A DNA stretch of 64,000 nt from contig JBHLOY010000001.1 of assembly GCA_048939995.1 (NCBI GenBank), positions 160,001 through 224,000 of the forward strand, in the 5' to 3' direction. Below, in pieces: positions 51,926 to 61,887 of the stretch. Source of the DNA: Promethearchaeota archaeon (GTDB taxonomy: Archaea > Asgardarchaeota > Lokiarchaeia > Sigyniarchaeales > SOKP01). Position numbers and translations under genes: made by a program. A model generated the notes under the pieces. It was not told where the DNA came from, ran no database searches, and worked only from the letters and a program-made list of their open reading frames with translations. How positions within the stretch are numbered: the first letter of the stretch is position 1; every line of letters starts with the position of its first letter.

Positions 51926-53476
51926 TCAACTTTTAAAAGCTTTAAAAGCTTTTATACGCTTTTGACAAGATTTGCAAAGGCCACATGGTTTATCAAAATC
52001 ACCGTAGCAACTCCAAGTAAGATCTACAGGAACTTTCATTTTTAAGGCTAGATCAATTATTTCAATCTTATTCATTCCAAATAAAGGAAAAATTAATTCA
52101 ATACGTTGTTTGTCTAGCTTATGTTTTGATTGATTTATCAATTTTAATAGTTGCTTAAAATAAGAAGGAGTTGCATCTGTAAATGTATTTATATCTTCCT
52201 TTATATGGCCGCCAATAACATAATTACAGCCGTAAATTTCCGCAAAATAAGCAGCTGTTGAATAAAATAAAAGGTTTCGTAAAGGTATGAATCCTTCTGG
52301 CGCATTTGTAGCCGATGGTATAGGATATCCTTCTAAACGTAAATCGGTTGCTTGTTGAACAAAAGGAAGCGGAACCTCGATTAATTCTACTCCTGAATAC
52401 TCTGCAATTTTCTGAGTGGCGACTTTTTCTTGTGTTGGTCTCCATTTATAATTAAAGGAAAGAGCAATTATTTTATACCCTTTCTGTAACGCCCAGAATA
52501 ACGCTGTTGCAGAATCTAATCCTCCAGATAATAAAAGAATTGCTTTCTTATCGTTATTATCAGCTCTTAACGATAATTCAGCTTTAACAGCTGCACTTAT
52601 TGCATCCTTGATTGGTGAGATTTGAAATCCTAACGCACTAGCAGTGATGCTTCCATCCATTAAGAGATCGCATTTCATAACATCCACCATTTCTTCACAA
52701 ATTTCTAATATTTCGGGGGCTTGCTCATAAGATATAAATTCAAACCTAGGTGGCGGGATATTCAATCCAATTTCCTTTATTATTTCGACAACCATATCTG
52801 CAATACTAATCATATTAACAGTTTGTAAACCTACAAGGGAATAAATTGAATTATCATTTCCTTTACCATCTGCAGCTGCCAAAAATGCTTTCATAGCATT
52901 TTCAATAAAAATAGGTTGCATAGGTACTTTACCATCTCCAGCTATTTTTACAACCCCATCTCCAATTTGCTGAACTAATTCAGGAATGAGTTCATCCTTG
53001 GGTCCTAAAATATAAGAAGGGCGAAATATGACATATGGTACTTTTCCATTGAATAATTCCATTTCAGCCCTCCTTTTTGAATGAAAATATTCATTGTTAG
53101 CCCACTCTACTTCACCATATTTATCGACTCCTAACCCTGAAGGATAAACTATTCTGGCAACATTTACTTGTTTTGCAGCTTCAATAATCTTTCTTATCCC
53201 TTCAACATTTACTTTTTCAAAAAGTTCTTTACTTCCACATACGATATTAGCAAAGTGAAGCACTGCCTTACATCCCGTAAATGCTTCTTTTAATTCTTCT
53301 ACATTGAAACCTTTTATAAGAAAAACATTTGCTCCTAATTTTCTGACAAGTTCCAAAACAACTTCTCTTCTAACAATAGCATTAACTTCCCAACCAGATT
53401 TTATTGCTTCTCGAATAGCATTCTGTCCAAGATATCCATTTGCTCCCATTATTGCTAATTTTCTTAGTTTACTCAT
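51926..53476 (-). CDS. queC: Atypical SDR (NAD-binding epimerase-like) fused to 7-cyano-7-deazaguanine synthase QueC
   Basis: N-terminal GANGYLG, YFHSK, RPSYILG; C-terminal LLSGGLDSAT, IPLRNLLF, TWSCY, PCGLCKSCQKR. Confidence 0.9.
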   Translation of the reverse strand: MSKLRKLAIMGANGYLGQNAIREAIKSGWEVNAIVRREVVLELVRKLGANVFLIKGFNVEELKEAFTGCKAVLHFANIVCGSKELFEKVNVEGIRKIIEAAKQVNVARIVYPSGLGVDKYGEVEWANNEYFHSKRRAEMELFNGKVPYVIFRPSYILGPKDELIPELVQQIGDGVVKIAGDGKVPMQPIFIENAMKAFLAAADGKGNDNSIYSLVGLQTVNMISIADMVVEIIKEIGLNIPPPRFEFISYEQAPEILEICEEMVDVMKCDLLMDGSITASALGFQISPIKDAISAAVKAELSLRADNNDKKAILLLSGGLDSATALFWALQKGYKIIALSFNYKWRPTQEKVATQKIAEYSGVELIEVPLPFVQQATDLRLEGYPIPSATNAPEGFIPLRNLLFYSTAAYFAEIYGCNYVIGGHIKEDINTFTDATPSYFKQLLKLINQSKHKLDKQRIELIFPLFGMNKIEIIDLALKMKVPVDLTWSCYGDFDKPCGLCKSCQKRIKAFKAFKS

Positions 53477-53650
53477 AAATATCCTCTTATTGCTATATTC
53501 GTCAGATAAATTTATATTTAATTTATATATTTTAAAAATTAAATTACAGCTTTTCGATTTATAATCTTTAAAGATAAAATATAAAAGGATTCAAATGAAA
53601 TTCAATGCAACTCTTTAAAATTCAAAAAACAACCTTTAAAATTAGGTCCC

Positions 53651-54106
53651 ATGGGATATAAAGTAATTATTAATTCAACTAAAATTAAATTCAGTGCATG
53701 TCATTTTTTAAAAGAACCTTTAAAATGTTCAAGGCTTCATGGACATAATTACTATGTGTCAGTTGAATTAGAGGCAGAATTAGATGAAAATTATTTTGTA
53801 GAGGATTTCATCAAATTAAAGAGTAAGGTTAAAGAAATTGTCAAACCATTAGATCATTTCATTCTAATTCCCGAAGAATCTCCTGATTTTAATTTTAATA
53901 GTGATCAAAATTCTTTAGAAGTTCTAACGTCAAATAAACGATATGTTTTTCCAATTTCTGAGGTTGTATTTTTACCAATTCCTGCAACTACCAGTGAATT
54001 ACTAGCTAAATACATCTATGATAAAATTAAAGAACATTATAAGAATAAGAAAGTCATTGTTAAGTTAGAAGAAAGTAAAGACACTTTAGCTGTTTATCAA
54101 GATTAA
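53651..54106 (+). CDS. queD: 6-carboxytetrahydropterin synthase QueD
   Basis: FSACHF, CSRLHGHNY, LDH, TTSELLA. Confidence 0.92.
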   Translation: MGYKVIINSTKIKFSACHFLKEPLKCSRLHGHNYYVSVELEAELDENYFVEDFIKLKSKVKEIVKPLDHFILIPEESPDFNFNSDQNSLEVLTSNKRYVFPISEVVFLPIPATTSELLAKYIYDKIKEHYKNKKVIVKLEESKDTLAVYQD

Positions 54107-54110
54107 AATA

Positions 54111-55217
54111 CTATTTCTCTATTATTGTTTCTTTTATTTTCGTACCAAAATGAGTTGCTCCTGGTCCAAGATGGACTAAGATTTCATCTCCTACTTTGAT
54201 ATCCACTACTGATATCGCATCACCATTTGAATCTACTAATCTAATGGTTTCTGCATTTTGGCATACACAACTTATGGAAATTTTTTTGGAATTAATCTTG
54301 GTTTCTAATTCAAATCTCAACATAGGGCGAGTTTCGATTTTAACACGTCCAACAGAAACTATCCTCCCTATTCCATCAGTATTAACAACTAGTACTTTAT
54401 CTCCCCCTTTTATTTCGCTTAAGTATTTAGTTTTAAATATTTTTGTGTCATCTCCGGGTACTAAAATATAGGCAGAAACATCACCTGCATTTACTCGAAA
54501 CGGTCTGGAGCTCACAAATTTCGTATCTATAGTTTCTGAGTGAACTAATACAAACCCTTGTGCAGTACTTCCAATCAGCATACCCTCCCCTCTTTTTAAG
54601 AGAGAAGTAGTATCAACACAAACTCGATCACTTTCCGGAAAGTTTTGAATTTTAAGAACTTTCGCTAATTTTAATTCTATTTTAAAGCTTGTATTTAAGA
54701 ACTTCTTTAATTTAATTAAATCTCTTACTTTTTTGGGAGTAAACATAATCCCGTTGACGCCAGTTTCAAGAGTTTTTAACAACAGTTCTGCGTCCTTAAT
54801 ATCATCAACATGAGCTATTAATTCAACATTACTCGACTGAGAAAAAGAAATCAAATTTTCAAAGGGAATGATTTTCCAATCAGTGGCAAAAACAACAATA
54901 AAATCGAGATTTTCTTCTTTAATTAAGGTTTGAATTTCGATTTCATCTTCTTTTGAATTTAAGATCTTATAAAACCCTCTTTTTTTTAGAGGGTGTTTCT
55001 CGTTATATTTTTGTAAGGCAGTCTTAGAGTCAAATAGAACATATTCTGAGAAGTCCTCAGGGGATTTAGAATATAAGATAACATGCTTAAGATTTTTGAA
55101 AAAATTGATTGTTTCAGCTGATATCAAAAAGTTAAGAAAATTTTGATTGAGAGCTTCTTGAACTAATTCTTTGAGATTATGAGTTTTTTGTACAAATTTT
55201 AGAATTACTTTTTTCAT
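54111..55217 (-). CDS. aroB': 3-dehydroquinate synthase II
   Basis: DWKIIPFENLI, DRVCVDT, GEGMLIGS, RPFRVNAG, GRVKIETRP, QNAETIRL. Confidence 0.95.
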   Translation of the reverse strand: MKKVILKFVQKTHNLKELVQEALNQNFLNFLISAETINFFKNLKHVILYSKSPEDFSEYVLFDSKTALQKYNEKHPLKKRGFYKILNSKEDEIEIQTLIKEENLDFIVVFATDWKIIPFENLISFSQSSNVELIAHVDDIKDAELLLKTLETGVNGIMFTPKKVRDLIKLKKFLNTSFKIELKLAKVLKIQNFPESDRVCVDTTSLLKRGEGMLIGSTAQGFVLVHSETIDTKFVSSRPFRVNAGDVSAYILVPGDDTKIFKTKYLSEIKGGDKVLVVNTDGIGRIVSVGRVKIETRPMLRFELETKINSKKISISCVCQNAETIRLVDSNGDAISVVDIKVGDEILVHLGPGATHFGTKIKETIIEK

Positions 55218-55368
55218 ACAACACCGATAAATTCTGGACTATGAAAGATTTATTGCTAAAAAATTTTATAATAATAATATTCTAATAAATTTTTAAGTCA
55301 AAAAAATCATATTTAATATAAAAGAGAGAACATTAATATAAACTTCTAAATAGAGTTGAAAAAAGCAA

Positions 55369-56019
55369 GTGGGCCTAAAGAAAAAATTATTCCCCCGGAA
55401 AGGTAAAGAAAAAGACGAGTTAGTAATAAAAGCTAAATCACATATTCGCAAAATTGCATTAGCAAATAAAACTTATAATCAGAGATCTGAAATTGCGAGG
55501 AAAAATGCAAAAATTGCATTAAAAAGGGGTGAACGTGATAGGGCAAAAAATTATTTGATACAATACAAACAATATCAGCAAAAAGTTGATCGAGCAAACA
55601 ACATTAGAGCCAAAATAGAGCGTCAAATCGAAGCTATTGAAGAAGGCCAAATGATTTCCATGACTGGAGATTTAATGGGAGGGATTAGAGATGAACTCGA
55701 AACTATCGCTACAAAAGCGTCGCCTACTAAGATTGCAGAAATAGCAGAAGATTCTGAGGCTTATGTTGCAGAGATTGAGGAATCTGCTGATATATTAGCG
55801 GGTGATCCAGAAATCGATTTAGCAATTGATGTTACAGATGAGTTAAATCAACTTGAAACTGAAATGTTATTAGAACAAGGAGGTCAAATGCCTGAAGTCC
55901 CTATAGACGATCTTCAGTATATCTCTGAATTTGATATCGAAGAGGAACCCGAAATTAAGACTAAAGCAAAACTAGAAGATGAAATAGAAAAGTTAAGAAA
56001 AGAACTAGAAGGCGGTTAA
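55369..56019 (+). CDS. ESCRT-III / Snf7-family protein
   Basis: MGLKKKLF N-terminus, basic helical hairpin (AKIALKRGERDRAKNYL..K.Y), acidic C-half with DELNQLE, terminal LEDEIEKLRKEL helix. Confidence 0.88.
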   Translation: MGLKKKLFPRKGKEKDELVIKAKSHIRKIALANKTYNQRSEIARKNAKIALKRGERDRAKNYLIQYKQYQQKVDRANNIRAKIERQIEAIEEGQMISMTGDLMGGIRDELETIATKASPTKIAEIAEDSEAYVAEIEESADILAGDPEIDLAIDVTDELNQLETEMLLEQGGQMPEVPIDDLQYISEFDIEEEPEIKTKAKLEDEIEKLRKELEGG

Positions 56020-56032
56020 ATATTTAATCTTC

Positions 56033-58135
56033 TTAACTAAAGTATCTTCTTTTATCAAATTCCCGATTAGATCTTTTTAGATATTCACTTTCTTTGATTT
56101 CTTCCTCTAAATTCTCTATTTTTCTATCAATTAAATAGATTTCTTTTTGTAGGTTTTTGAATGTCCTGAAATAATCTATTTCAGAAATTATTCCTTTATC
56201 GAATTTTGAATCTAATGTTTTTAGGGTTTCTTCAAGGCTATATTTCTCTTTTTCCAATTCCAACATTTTTTTTCTTTTAGATTTTTCGTATTTAGATATC
56301 TGAGTTCTTGGTTTGTAATCTGTTTGAGACAAAGTATAATTTGAGTTAAATAAATCTGATAAATGATTCCTTGCATACTCTCGATATACCGGCATTGCAT
56401 TTACTTCGTTATTTCTAGAATTTAGTTGCATAAGTAATTCACTATCTATGTCACGATTAGCTTCATTTAGAGGTCGCAATATTGGTTGATTTTGGCGTTG
56501 TAATTGCTCTAATCTTCTCATTAAAAAGTTTTTATCTTCAATATCAGGCAAACTATTATAATAAGGATCTTCATAATTTTTTGGGCGATAATTTTGGATG
56601 CGATTAGGATTGCAAAAGTTTTGAAGAAAGAAGTCATTTTCATTATAATTTGGTGGAAGATATTGTTTTAAGGCATTACTATAATATCTTATATCACCAG
56701 GGGTTTGTATTTGGGAATTAGTTTGATAAAGCGCTGGTTCTTGAAAATTAGTATTATAATAATTATAAAATCCTTGAGGGTAAATCGAAAAATGTGGATT
56801 CCTGTCAAATTGTTGAGGATTTTGGTTTACTCTTGTATTAAATTGGAATTGTTTTTGAGGAAAGTTAAAATTCTGAGCAAAAGGATTGTCTACTTTTTGC
56901 AAGTTATTGAAAATGCCTTTATGCTGTATATTATTATACTTACACTTTAAACTGAAAAAAGAATTAATTGCTTCTTCAATATAATTTATAAGATCTGTAA
57001 AATCTATATCGATTTCATACAGTATTTTTGCCGATTGCTCATCATAGATTACGCATTCATCGAAATTTCTTGCTAGAAGTATATAATCCATAACTTTCGT
57101 AAGAGCGTTAGGAGGAAGTGTGAATTCATATCTACCGTACTCAAATTCTACATACAATTTTTTAAATAGCTTTCCCCGAATTTTTATTCTAGTTAAATCT
57201 TTTACTGGAGCTTTAAAGATAGTTTTTTGCTTTTTTTTTATTTTTCCATAAATTCGTACAAAAGATAGATCAAAATTGGTTATAAACAAAATTCCTTTAT
57301 TTTTCTTAAATTTATCTTGGTTATTTAAACCATTTGTTAATTTAGCAAATATAGAGTATACTGGTTTTTCTTCCTCTGCTAAATTCAAATGTTTTTTGTA
57401 CGAATCAAAAAGACAATTAATCTTATCAATGAAATAGAGATTTTTTTGAATAGGTTCAATACTATTGGTGATAGTGATTAAGTTATTGGTGATAAATTCA
57501 TTAATAGAATGATAATTTGTGTTTAAATTTTCAAAAATTCCTTCAATAATTTTTACATTTGAGTTTGGTTGGTCATAAATATTAAAAAAATATTCTTTAT
57601 TAAGAGAAAAATGATGAAAAAGAATACGAATTTTTTCAAGTAGATTTTCTTTAGCATAGATATATAATTTAAATAAAGATAATAAATCAGATTCCATATT
57701 AGGGTAATGGTAACATCTAATTGGAGGTGCTCTTGCTCTTTCAATCTTTTGCCTTAATAAATATAAATTATTGAGACCATCTCTTAAGGGATCTACGAAA
57801 TTCCGAGCATCCTTGATTAAATCTAAGAATTTCTTTTCCAATTGTTCTTTTTTCTCATAGATGTTAATAATTTGATGAGAGTGACATTTAGGACAGGATT
57901 TTAATTGTTGATTAATTAATTTTATATTCTCTTTCTCACAATTTTTACAGACTTTCTTTTTCCCAGAATCTAAAATTTCAATATTTTTTGAATTACAATC
58001 TTGACAAACATAAAAATCATATTTTTCTTCATGCAAACAATCATTGCAACAACTAATACCACATTCTTCACAATAATAAGCTAGCTTTACATTCCGTTGA
58101 CAGAAACGACATATTTGTATATGTTGGTCTAACAT
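56033..58135 (-). CDS. Multidomain protein: Cys-rich Zn fingers, coiled coil, PH-like domain, Q/N/Y-rich linker, C-terminal steadiness-box-like helices
   Basis: Several CxxC pairs; KGILFITNFDLSF...F..PV..L..I beta pattern; LEETLKTLDSKFDKGIISEIDYFRTFKNLQKEIY. Confidence 0.7.
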   Translation of the reverse strand: MLDQHIQICRFCQRNVKLAYYCEECGISCCNDCLHEEKYDFYVCQDCNSKNIEILDSGKKKVCKNCEKENIKLINQQLKSCPKCHSHQIINIYEKKEQLEKKFLDLIKDARNFVDPLRDGLNNLYLLRQKIERARAPPIRCYHYPNMESDLLSLFKLYIYAKENLLEKIRILFHHFSLNKEYFFNIYDQPNSNVKIIEGIFENLNTNYHSINEFITNNLITITNSIEPIQKNLYFIDKINCLFDSYKKHLNLAEEEKPVYSIFAKLTNGLNNQDKFKKNKGILFITNFDLSFVRIYGKIKKKQKTIFKAPVKDLTRIKIRGKLFKKLYVEFEYGRYEFTLPPNALTKVMDYILLARNFDECVIYDEQSAKILYEIDIDFTDLINYIEEAINSFFSLKCKYNNIQHKGIFNNLQKVDNPFAQNFNFPQKQFQFNTRVNQNPQQFDRNPHFSIYPQGFYNYYNTNFQEPALYQTNSQIQTPGDIRYYSNALKQYLPPNYNENDFFLQNFCNPNRIQNYRPKNYEDPYYNSLPDIEDKNFLMRRLEQLQRQNQPILRPLNEANRDIDSELLMQLNSRNNEVNAMPVYREYARNHLSDLFNSNYTLSQTDYKPRTQISKYEKSKRKKMLELEKEKYSLEETLKTLDSKFDKGIISEIDYFRTFKNLQKEIYLIDRKIENLEEEIKESEYLKRSNREFDKRRYFS

Positions 58136-58325
58136 TGTAATTATTAAACCTAATTTAATTTATCAAAAAACCAATTTTTGATCGCTTTATCAAGAATAGT
58201 AGATAAAATGTACTACTAAAATAAGTATGATATACTTATAATATTCAAATAATATAATTTTTGAAATATTAACTAGTGTGGATTAAATACTGTAACTTGT
58301 CATAGAAGGAATATATTAAGATAAT

Positions 58326-58589
58326 TCATTTTACAATCTTCACTGTTGTACCAAGAGCTTGGCCTGGAACTCCTGCTTTTTTAAAATGAGCTCTTACAGC
58401 TCCGTTATTTCCATGAGAGCGCGTTATTATTCCTTTTAATTCTTTACCAGTAGGACTTATCCAGACTAATATTCTTCCAACCAACTTATTTGCTTCATTT
58501 TTAGTTTTGATGTGTGGAAAAACTATTATACAGTGCTTAGGATGTATCTTGTGGCGACCCCTCTTATAATTAGAGATTGTTCCTTCCAT
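58326..58589 (-). CDS. rpl35ae: 50S ribosomal protein L35Ae (ATG 58589 preferred)
   Basis: NYKRG, LVGR.LVW, GIITRSHGNNGAVRAHF, PGQALG. Confidence 0.95.
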   Translation of the reverse strand: MEGTISNYKRGRHKIHPKHCIIVFPHIKTKNEANKLVGRILVWISPTGKELKGIITRSHGNNGAVRAHFKKAGVPGQALGTTVKIVK

Positions 58590-58793
58590 ACCTAGTATTT
58601 CTAATTTATTTAACGTCAAGAAAAAAACCAATTATAGCCAAATTAATATTTAGAATTTTTAAAAAAATAAAAAATTTATGTATCTATAGTCTCAATTAGT
58701 TATTTGTAAAAAATGCTCATAATCAAGTTTTAATAGAAATTATTTCTAACTAAAATTATAGTCAATTAAATTGACTGTTGAAAATGTGGTATT

Positions 58794-60587
58794 TTGCATA
58801 ACGAGAAAAAAAAGTTATGGATTTTTACATTCGAATATGCTGGTATAGTGAAATTTGGTGGTTTAGGGGAGGTACCCGCAAATCAAGCTAAACATTTAGT
58901 TGAAGATTTTGATGTTACAGTACTTTTACCTTCTCATGGGCAATTAGAAAGATTGAAAGAGAATTTGGAATTCAAAAAGTTGCCAATTACTTGTATCGGT
59001 CTTATAGAACCATCTAATTTTGGTATTATGGAGCCGGAATCAAGTTATTGTATCTCATTTTATAAATTTAAAATAGATAATGTGAATATCATCCTAATTT
59101 CTGGGGAGAATTCCTTTACTGCGAGATTTTTAGATGATAAGACAGTTTATAATCCTAATACGATTAAGGGTAAAATTTGTTTTTTTAGCCTTGGAATCAA
59201 GTGTTTAATAGAATATTTAATTGATAAGGAAAGAAGAGATTTACCTAATGTAATTCATTTACACGATTATCATGTCGTTTTACCATTTATAAGTATTAAA
59301 CAAGTATTAACTAAGAATGCTTTAGAAACCGCGTCTTTACTTACTATTCATTTACTAACGTGGCCTCGATTTGACTTTAAATTTTATGAGGTATGTGGTA
59401 TTGATGAAACCCCAATAAAAGTACGTTTATCAAATGGATTAAAATCCCTATCTCTAACTGAAATTTTTGCTTTAGATAGGAACACAGAAATTATACCTAC
59501 TGTAGAAAAGGTGGGTGCTCTAGTTTGTGACTTGGTGACAACTGTAAGTGAGTCCTATTTAATTTCGGATATAATTCCTAATTGCGGGCAAAATTTAATT
59601 GAATTTAAGTCTGATTTTATATGGGATGGTTGTGATTGGGATTATAATATCATACTGAATGATGTACTCCAAAGCTTAGGTAATGAGATTCATGATATAC
59701 TTAACATTCATTTTGGTAAAAGTCTTAGGCGAGAAGACTATAAGAAGTATCTACTTGAATACAAAATACAACATTTAAGTGAAAGCCCGCTTATTAGTTC
59801 TCAAAAAGTTTTAGAAACTATAAATAATGTTTGTGATGGGATTACTTTTTTTAAAAACGGAGAAATTAAGGCTTTTTCTGAAACTGGTCCATTATTACTC
59901 ACTACAGGCAGAATTTCACCACAAAAAGGATTTGAGACTATTTTTAGGTCAATACCAGAGATAATTAAAGCAATTCCTAACGCAAAATTCTTATTTTTAG
60001 TCCTACCAACTGATTATAGCCTTAATGAAATTAAACTTTATGCGGATAATGTTAAAAAACACCCAAAGAATATAAGAGTAATTTTTGGAGTTGCTCCTGA
60101 GATATTTTATTTAGCTCATATAGCTGCAGATGTTTACGCTGCCCCTTCACGATGGGAACCTTTTGGAATAATGGCTTTAGAAGCAATGGCATCTAAAATT
60201 CCTATAATTGCCTCGAAAGTCGGAGGTCTGCAAGAAACAATAGTAGATATGAGATCCTTTACTGAAATAGGGACAGGGGTCTTAATAGAGAAGGATAATC
60301 TAACCCAGTTCATCAATGCCACGATATCTCTTTTTAAAGCCGCCGAAGTAGCTTTAAAAGTTAAAGGATCTGAAACGAATACGATTTATGATTCAGACAT
60401 CTTAAAGCTAGTGAATGAAATACCCGATGAGATCATAAAGTCTTGTGTTTTATTAAATCCGAATTATTATAATGTTATTAGAAAAAATTGTCTAAATAGA
60501 GTGAAAAACCACTTTACTTGGAAGATAGTTTCTAAAAAATTAATTAATTTATATTCTCAGATTCAAAGCTTGCACTCTATTTTTTAA
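58794..60587 (+). CDS. glgA: Glycogen/starch synthase (GT5-like)
   Basis: KFGGLG, HLHDYH, TTVS, GRISPQKG, PSRWEPFG, VGGLQETI. Confidence 0.88.
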   Translation: MHNEKKKLWIFTFEYAGIVKFGGLGEVPANQAKHLVEDFDVTVLLPSHGQLERLKENLEFKKLPITCIGLIEPSNFGIMEPESSYCISFYKFKIDNVNIILISGENSFTARFLDDKTVYNPNTIKGKICFFSLGIKCLIEYLIDKERRDLPNVIHLHDYHVVLPFISIKQVLTKNALETASLLTIHLLTWPRFDFKFYEVCGIDETPIKVRLSNGLKSLSLTEIFALDRNTEIIPTVEKVGALVCDLVTTVSESYLISDIIPNCGQNLIEFKSDFIWDGCDWDYNIILNDVLQSLGNEIHDILNIHFGKSLRREDYKKYLLEYKIQHLSESPLISSQKVLETINNVCDGITFFKNGEIKAFSETGPLLLTTGRISPQKGFETIFRSIPEIIKAIPNAKFLFLVLPTDYSLNEIKLYADNVKKHPKNIRVIFGVAPEIFYLAHIAADVYAAPSRWEPFGIMALEAMASKIPIIASKVGGLQETIVDMRSFTEIGTGVLIEKDNLTQFINATISLFKAAEVALKVKGSETNTIYDSDILKLVNEIPDEIIKSCVLLNPNYYNVIRKNCLNRVKNHFTWKIVSKKLINLYSQIQSLHSIF

Positions 60588-60657
60588 AATGGATGATCTA
60601 CTTAGTTTTTTCAAATATAGATTTTAATGTATAATTTCTTTTAATAAACTAATTAAA

Positions 60658-61887
60658 TTGTTAGTAATTTTTATACTCAAATATATACTGGTAGAGACCT
60701 TGATATTATCTAAAAAATCTATAATCCTAATTTTATTCTCAATCTTTTTTATTAATACAGCAGCTATAATGGCTTTTACTTACGTACCTCAATACTTATT
60801 ATTACATTTAGGTACAGGGAAACCCTTAATGCAGCTTATAATTACAATTTTTCCCTTAACTGCTTTCATTTTTCCCCCATTATATGGATTTTTTTCTGAT
60901 AAAATTCAAAATCGTTTTATATTTATGGTTTTTGGAACCATTGGAATGAGTTTTTCTTATTTATTCCTATTACTGACTCAAAATTTATTATATATAGTCA
61001 TACTACTATTTATATTTGGTTTTTTCATGGCATCATCCAATTTGTTTATGACTTTATATGCAGAGTTAGTAAAAGATGATAAAACACTCATTTCTTATTA
61101 CAATGCTACAATCGTGGCTGCTTGGTTTGTTGGAGCTCAATCTGGTGGGATTTTTATTAGTTTTTATAGTATTGAAAATCTATTTTTATTTATATTTATA
61201 GTCTCTATCCCTGCTATCGTAACTGTAGTGTTTATAAAGGAGAATAGGTCTAAAATATTAGAAACCTATCAAGAAAAAGAGAAGAAAAGGACTAGTGAGC
61301 TTGTTTTCAATAGTACTGAAATAGAAAAACCCATTTCAAAATCTGTGTTTTTTGGATTATTTTTCAGAAATTTTAGTATCAAACCTATTATGCCAATCCT
61401 TGCTGTGATTATGAGTTTTCATTTAGGAACTTATACAGAAATTGGATTTTTGATTGGTATCAATTTCCTATTACAATTTTTTCAAATGTTATTAGTAGGA
61501 AAGATAATGACGATTAAAAATATCAAATCATTCATGATTATTGGGTATGTGTTAAGTGCAGTTAGTATTTTTGGGTATATTATTTCAACTAATTTTTGGA
61601 GTTATTTATTTTCTCAATTTTTGGTCTCCTTTAGTTATTCCCTGCATTGGGCTGCCACTATCACATATATCGCTCAGAATACGACTCCAAAAAATAAAGG
61701 AAGATATATAGGTTTAGCTAACACGAGTGTCTTTTCAGGAAGTTTTCTAGGAGGGATATTATTTAGCGTCTTATTATTAGCTTATAATTCAGATTATTAC
61801 ATTGCTATGTATTTTATGATAATATTTCCAATAATTTCCACATTTATTATAATTTTTAAATTTCGATTAAAAGATTCATCTAATTAA
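60658..61887 (+). CDS. MFS transporter (start uncertain)
   Basis: About 12 TM helices, GFFSDKIQNR, KNKGRYIG. Confidence 0.88.
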   Translation: MLVIFILKYILVETLILSKKSIILILFSIFFINTAAIMAFTYVPQYLLLHLGTGKPLMQLIITIFPLTAFIFPPLYGFFSDKIQNRFIFMVFGTIGMSFSYLFLLLTQNLLYIVILLFIFGFFMASSNLFMTLYAELVKDDKTLISYYNATIVAAWFVGAQSGGIFISFYSIENLFLFIFIVSIPAIVTVVFIKENRSKILETYQEKEKKRTSELVFNSTEIEKPISKSVFFGLFFRNFSIKPIMPILAVIMSFHLGTYTEIGFLIGINFLLQFFQMLLVGKIMTIKNIKSFMIIGYVLSAVSIFGYIISTNFWSYLFSQFLVSFSYSLHWAATITYIAQNTTPKNKGRYIGLANTSVFSGSFLGGILFSVLLLAYNSDYYIAMYFMIIFPIISTFIIIFKFRLKDSSN

